DNA of 64,000 nt. Origin: Mobula hypostoma. Its lineage: Eukaryota. Below, one piece after another: positions 57,201 to 64,000 of the stretch. Position 1 is the first letter of the stretch, and each line of letters begins with the position of its first letter. Under the pieces are notes generated by a model. The model saw only the letters and a program-made list of their open reading frames with translations, searched no databases and was not told where the DNA came from. The stretch spans positions 53,384,001-53,448,000 of the forward strand of contig NC_086108.1 of NCBI RefSeq assembly GCF_963921235.1. Direction: 5' to 3'. Position numbers and translations under genes: made by a program.

Positions 57201-58289
57201 GAATTTAATTCTATTTGGATATGGGTAGATGGTAACATTACTGCCCATGCTTAAGAGAGGTCTGCCTGGTTTTGGAGTTGAATGTAACAGTGTATTTAAT
57301 TAATTCATTTTTAGCTCAGTTCTCTTTTGCAGTTGGGAGTATGAACAGATTATATTGGTTTAGTTGGATTACTTTTGCAGGGGTTCCCGACCTGGAGTCC
57401 ACTGACTTGATGGTTAGCGGTAGGGTCCATGGGATAAAAGGTTGGAAATCCCTGTAAGCTGTCATTTACTTTTCTAAGGGTATTGTCTTTAAGTATGTTT
57501 GTTTTGCTTTTGATGAAATGGTACTGAGCCAGTAGACTCAAAATGTGAAATCGTTCCACATTGTTTCTTTGCTTTTCCATTGACTTAACACAAAACGAAA
57601 ATATTTGACCATTCCAAGGACAAGCATTCTTTTTAACAATGTTTTGTCATTTTCGAAGTTGGTTATCCTGTTTGGAAGAAAGACTCTCGCTATTGTAAGA
57701 TATGGAAGATTTTCCTGTTTTAGGAGCTGTCTATTTTTATGCTATGATGTGGCTCACTGGTGCAAAGACAAAATACCTCTATTTTACCTGATGCTTTTTT
57801 CCCACTTAAATGTACAAAGAAATGTTACTTAATGTTTCACATATTTATCCTTGCCTGTCTAACATTGCAGATTATTTCCACTCCTTTGCTTCAAGCTAAG
57901 AACTGACTTAAGACTTAATCAACTCATTTCATGTGTACTGTTGCAGAGAAAATAAGAGGACGCTATCTGTTAAGGCTAGATCCAAAATCACCAGTGAATA
58001 AATGTTCCTTAATTTTCTGCATTTCTTAAGATGTTTGAAGAAGTTCATTAACCTTCCCAAGGAACTATGAACGGTATATTTTCTCATAATTTGGTGTCCT
58101 CCCTACATCTGATATCCTAGTAAAATATATAATTTAAGGACCATAGTGAAATATATTTCACCCGATTAAGCTGGACAGGAGATTCCAGGAGGACTACATC
58201 AAAGACATAATCTTAAACATTTTTCTATGGTGATGATGGTATATAACAGATATATTAAATATAAGATCTTCAAACCCATGAATACTTCC

Positions 58290-58985
58290 AGAGCCATGAG
58301 GTAATATTGCAGCTGTATAAAACTCTGTTAGGCCACACCTGGAATATTGTATATTCAGTTGCCTCATAGGAAGGATGTAGAAGCTTTAGAGATGGTGCAG
58401 AGGAAATTTTTCAGGATCTTGCCTGGCTTAGAGAGCATGGATCGACTAGGCTTATACTTGTTGGAATTTAGAAGATTGAGAGGGGATCTTATTGAAACAT
58501 ATAAAATCCTAAAGGGATTGGACAAGCTAGATGCAGGAAGATTGTTCCTAATGTTGGGAAGTCCAGAACGAGGGGTCACAGTTTGATGATAAAGGGGAAG
58601 CCTTTTAGGACCAAGATGAGGAAAAACTTCTTCACACAGAGAGTGGTGAATCTGTGGAATTCTCTGCCACAGGAAACAGTTGAGGCCAGTTCATTGGCTA
58701 TATTTAAGAGGGAGTTGGATATGGCCCTTGTGGCTAAAGGGATCAGGGGGTATGGAGAGAAGGCAGGTACAGGGTTCTGAGTTGGATGATCAGCCATGAT
58801 CATACTGAATGGCAGTGCAGGCTCGAAGGGCCGAATGGCCTACTCCTGCACCTGTTTTCTATGTTTCTATGTCTTATGAGGAAAAGTTAGTGAGATAGGG
58901 AGGATGAAGGAGAAGAAACTTTGGAGTGAAGCAGGATGAGAGGTAACGTGATAGAAATATATAAGATTATGAGAGGTATAGTTAG
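58290..58985 (+). mobile_element. CR1 3' fragments (younger copy inside an older one)
   Basis: ORFs 58347-58586 and 58583-58780 are the CR1 ORF2 C-terminus. After the ttctatgtttctatg tail (~58870) older CR1 sequence resumes. Confidence 0.8.
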
Positions 58986-59658
58986 TGTTGTGACTGCTTA
59001 GATTCTATTTAATGCCAGGCACTTTTCCTTTAAATAGTTTAATTGCTGAAAATGTTCAAGTAAATTCAGGAGTTAAATGCTGCTTGCAGTGTGAAACTGT
59101 CTACCAATTTTTTCTTGGACAGAATCAAAGAAGAAAGATGTTTGATAGGCACTAATTCCTTTCACGATATTATTTTACAGCATTTCTAATTTTACTTTTT
59201 TCAGATATTTCTAGGATCAAGTTTGCTCTAAGCTGTTCTCCTTAGTTATTGCACATACTCAATCCAGTGTGCTTTTCCTTCTTCCTTGTTTCTTATAGTA
59301 TTTGGAAATAAGATATGCCATTTTAACTTCACCCTTTTTCAGAGTCTTAAATTTGAGAAACTCCAATCTTCCTGGAATCATAATTTTAAAAGTCAAGTTT
59401 GCCGTCAGCTACTTGCCATTCCTTAGTTTTTATACCGTGCCTTTTTTAAAACTGATATAAGAATACAGCAAATAAGAGCTTGCTCCACTACTCATTTGCA
59501 TTATGGCTGAATTTCTACATCTCTATTCACCAATTCTAGCCACCTTGATTTTTTTTCAGGTACTAAGGGTATCATTTTCACTTAGTCTTGAATAAATAGT
59601 TATTCTTTGATTTACAAAGGGGCTTTGTTTCTGGGAAAAGTTTCATGAAACATCTTTA

Positions 59659-60108
59659 CGAGGGGTGATTGATAAGTTTGTGGCCTAAGGTAGACAGAGT
59701 CAATTTTAGAAAACCCAGCACATTTATTTTTCCTACATTCACACACTTAGTCCAGCGGTTGTGGAACATATGGATCCCTTCTTTGTAGAAGTCAACGTCT
59801 TGGACCTCCAGAAGTGGTCCACAGCATGGGGTGATTGATAAGTTTGTGGCTTAAGGTAGAAGGAGATAAGCTATTAACTTCAAACTTTCTGCATTTTCAC
59901 TCAAAAAGTTGAACTGCAAGTGCATGTAATGAGAGCTGTATAACTCATCTTCTTCTACCTTAGGCCACAAACTTATCAATTACCCTTGCTGTGGACCATC
60001 TGGAGGTCCAAGACGCTCTCATTGGGGACTATGTTGAAAAATAAATGTGCTAGGTTTTCTAAAATTGACTCCTTCTACCTTAGCCACGAACTTATCAATC
60101 ACCCCTGG
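59659..60108. mobile_element. Mariner-type MITE with nested inverted repeats
   Basis: TA|cgaggggtgattgataagttt...aacttatcaatcacccctgg|TA; the TIR recurs internally at ~59828 and, inverted, at ~59954-59986. Confidence 0.85.
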
Positions 60109-60814
60109 TAAAATTGAAGAATGGCATGCTATTGTTTTTAACAAAATTTAGGTCTATAAATCAAAGGGCATATCTCAAAGTTAAAGCTATTGTGAAGAAT
60201 ATCTACAATTAGAACAATTGAATATACCAGCTCCATGAGAGAGAATTTAAATGAACAAGCAGAAAAAATTAGCAAATTTAGGTTTAATACTCTGTAATTC
60301 ATTATAGTATTTGATACACATTTTGAATGTATGTTGGCTTTTATTGCAACGGCTGTGAACTTATGTAATTCTCAATGTTTTCAGGCTGTAGCTCAATTAA
60401 TGCATATAGTTACTGCACGATTCTTAAATGTTCCATTTACTGTCTTTGACTAATGCCATTAACAGTTTGGAATACATATCCTCATACTGTATTTAAGGAA
60501 GATAGTGCTTTCATTAGAAGTAGAGCAGTGAAGGTTACCTTGGTTGATTTTTCAGATGAAGCAGTTAATGCTTTAAGAGTAGTTGATTAAGCTTCCAGAC
60601 ATCAGAGTTTAGAAGAATGAAAGGTGATTTCATATTCATATTTTCAAAAGTTGTTGGAGGCTTTTTGCCTCATTGAGTCTGTGCCAACTCTCAGCATTCC
60701 CATCGGTCCCATTTTCCATTTGTTTCCCTGTAATCAGTTCTAGTGAGGTAAAAAAATAGTGAGGTAAATTACTTCTGTGCAGCTAAATGATTTGCCAGAC
60801 TACTTAAATCATTA

Positions 60815-62530
60815 CGTAGAACATAGAATGTCACGGCATGGGAACAGGCCCTTTGATTCACACTGTCTATGACAGGTTTGATGCAAATTAAACTAATCAC
60901 TTCTGCTTGCATATAATGTATATCCCTCCATCTCTTGATTATTCAAGTTACTATCTAAAAGCCTCTGGAATGTCGCTATCGTATCAGTTTCCCCTGGAAG
61001 CATGCTCCAGGCACCTATCACTCGGGGGAGGGGGTGGAAAGCAATTGCCTCTCAAGTGTTTGCTTAAAGTCCCTTGGCCCATCTAGTCCATGCCGAACCA
61101 TTTAAATTGCCTGCTCTCATTGACCTCATTAGCCCTTCATACACTTACCATTCATGTCCTTAGTTAAACTTTTCTTAAACATTGGAATCAGACGTGCACT
61201 ACTTGTGCCGGCAACTTACTCCACACTCTCACGACCCTCAAAGTGAAGAATTTTCCCCTCATATTCCCCTTAAACTTTTCACCTTTCACCCTTAACCCAC
61301 CATCTCTCATTGTTGTCCCACCCAACCTCCAGTGGAAAAAGCCTGCTTGCATTTACCCTATATATACCCTTCCATAATTTTGTATCCCTCTAACAAATCT
61401 CCTCTCAATCTTCTATGTTCCAAGGAATAAAGTTCTAACCTATTCAATCTTTCCTTATAACTTTGGTCGTCCAGACTCGGCGAAATCTTTGTAAATTTTC
61501 TCTGTACTCTTTAAATGTTCTTTACATTTCTCCTGTAGGAAGGTGACCAAAACTGCACGCAATACTACAAATTAGAACTCACCAATGTCTCATACAACTT
61601 CAACATAACATCCCATCTCCTGTAGTTAATACCTTGATTTATGAAGGCCAGTGTGCCAAAAGGTTTCTTTACGACCCTATCTACCTGTGACACTACTTTC
61701 AACGAATTATGGACCTGTACTGCCAGATCTGTGTTCTACCAGATTCCTCAGTGCCCTATCATTCACTATTTAAGACCTTCCCTAGTTGGTCCTACCGAAG
61801 TGCAACACCTCGCACTAGTCTGCATTGAACTCCATCTGCCCTTTCTCAGCCCATTTTTCCAGATCCCTCTGCAAGCCATGATAGCCTTTCTTGCTGCCCT
61901 ATATGCCCCCAATGTTGGTGTCATTTGCAAATTTACAGTTAACCACGTTATCATCCAGATCGATAATACAGATGACAAACAACAGACCCAGCAGTGATCC
62001 CTGCGGCACTCCACTAGTCACAGGCCTCCAGTCAGAGAGGCAGCTGTCTACTACCATTCTCTGGCTTCTCCCAAAAAGCCAATGTCTAATCCAATTCACT
62101 ATCTCATCTTGAATGCCGATCGACTGAGCCTTCTTGTTCAACCTGACATGTGGGACCTTGTCAAGTGCCTTACTAAAGTCCATGCAGACACCATCCACTC
62201 CCTCGCTTTCATCAACTTTCCTGGAAACTTCCTTGAAAAGCTTTATAAGATTAGTTAGACATGACCTACCGCACACTAAACCATGCTGACTATCCCTAAT
62301 CTGTCTATATCTATCCAAACACTCATATATCCTATCCTTTAGAATACCTTCCAATAACTTCCTCACTACTGATATTAGGCTCACTAGCCTATAATTTCTT
62401 GGTTTATTTTTAGAGCCTTGCTTGAACAGGTGAACAACGCTGGCTATCCTCCAATCCTCTGATACCTCACCTGTGGCTAATGGTGACTTACGTATCTCTG
62501 CTAAGGGCCTGCAATTTCTGCACTTGCCTC
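60815..62530 (-). mobile_element. CR1 LINE RT and 3' fragments
   Basis: ORF 61899-62591 (NYRLVSLIS, MDFSKALDKVPH, SGVPQGSLLG, KFANDT). Confidence 0.85.
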
Positions 62531-63286
62531 CTGCAGAGTCATTTGTCATATATACTTTGAAACAAGCAGTGAAATGCATAATTTGTGTCAAATCAAATCA
62601 AATGAGATTGTTGGGCAGCCTGCAAATTTTGCCATGCTTCTGACGCCAACATAGTATGCCCACATCTTCAGAACCCTACTTTGGTGTGGAACAAAGACAT
62701 AGTACCCAGTCATGGGAGAACTTGAACATACGAAACTTGTATAAACAATGACAAGAATTGAACCATGATGTTACAGCTACCCAAAGTAGCAGGAGCAACC
62801 TTCCCCAACTTTCTCATTATAGCTGAGGGGCATCACCAGATGGTATGGAGGGACCACTGCATAGGATCGGGAAAAAGCTAAAGAGAGTTGAACTCTCAGC
62901 CAGCTCCATCATGGCACTAGCCTCCCGAGCATACAGGAAATCTTCAACAGGTAATGCCTCAAAAAGGGTATCCATCATTAAAGATCCCTATCACCTAGAA
63001 CATCCCCTCTTCTCATTGTTACCATCAAGGAGAAGATACAGATGCCTGAAGATGCACATTCATCATTTCAAAATAGCCTGTTCTCCTTTGCCATGACAGT
63101 TCTGAATGTATAATGAACCCATGAACACTTCCTCTGTATTTTTCCTCTTTTTGCTCTACTTAATTTATTTTTTAATAGGTACTTATTGTAACTTGCAGTT
63201 TTTATTACTGTGTGTTGTGGTGTGCTGCTGCTGTGGAATGGCAAGTTTAATGATGTATGCCGGTGAAATTAAATCTGATTCTGATG

Positions 63287-63831
63287 CACTCGGTGACCAT
63301 TTTATTTGGTACAAGAGAAGAATTTGGTGTGCCCTTATGTTGCTGTAGCCTATCCACTTCAAGGTTCATTGTGTCATGAGTTCATCTATGCACTTCTGCA
63401 CACCCTGTTGCAATGCGTGGTTATTTCAGTTAGTGTCACCTTCCTGTCAGCTTGAACCAGCCTGGCCATTCTCCTCTGACCTCTCAGGAACAAGGTGTTT
63501 TCACCCACAGAACTGCTGCTCACTGGATTTTTTTTTGCTTTTCGCACCATTCTCTGTAAGCTCTAGAGACTGGTGTAAGTGAAGATCCCAGGAGATCAGT
63601 AGTTTCTGAAATACTCAAACCAGCCTGTCTGGCACCAACAATTTATTCTACAGTCAAAGTCACTTAGATCACAATTCTTCCCCATTCTGATATTTGGTCT
63701 GAACAACTGAACCTTTTAACCATGTCTGTATACTTTTAATGCATTGAGTTACTGCCACATGATTAGCTGATTAGGATTTTGTCATTAATGAGCAGGTGTA
63801 CAGGGGTACCTAATAAAGTGACTATTGAGTG
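63287..63831. mobile_element. Tc1-like non-autonomous DNA transposon
   Basis: Imperfect TIRs cactcggtgaccattttatttggtac ... gtacctaataaagtgactattgagtg followed by TA. Confidence 0.7.
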
Positions 63832-64000
63832 TATATTTCCTTCACTTTGTCCCTATACCAGAGGATAAGTGGAAAATGTTGCTGTACTAAACTGGCTAAG
63901 TTATTGACAATTTTGTTGCTAATGACAACAGTTGGAAATTTTTAAAAATCCCATAATGTGATTATTTCTCAATTTGCTATTCTGCTGTGCCAGGTATAGA

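Overview
Repeat-rich vertebrate genomic DNA; the repeat content (CR1 LINEs, Penelope-like repeats) suggests a cartilaginous fish, which is inference only. The only host gene I can firmly support is phosphoglucomutase-1 (PGM1, + strand), seen as two paralogous alternative first coding exons about 31 kb apart: exon 1A-type at 24692-24940 and exon 1B-type at 56079-56336. Both end in AANG at a phase-0 GT donor and lie in CpG-rich regions. Exon 2 was not found in the window. The rest is nested, mostly decayed mobile DNA: a near full-length CR1 LINE, a Rex1/Babar-like LINE, an endogenous retrovirus relic with pol and env, a two-LTR BEL/Pao retrotransposon, solo LTRs, a hAT fossil, MITEs, an RTE-derived non-autonomous element and many Penelope-like terminal repeats. 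The most notable observation is that the Penelope repeats carry minimal type I hammerhead ribozyme motifs. Three copies with intact cores lie in sense orientation between the two PGM1 first exons, two of them as a 57-bp tandem pair. All homology calls are by eye and from recalled sequences; no searches were run, and repeat boundaries are approximate.
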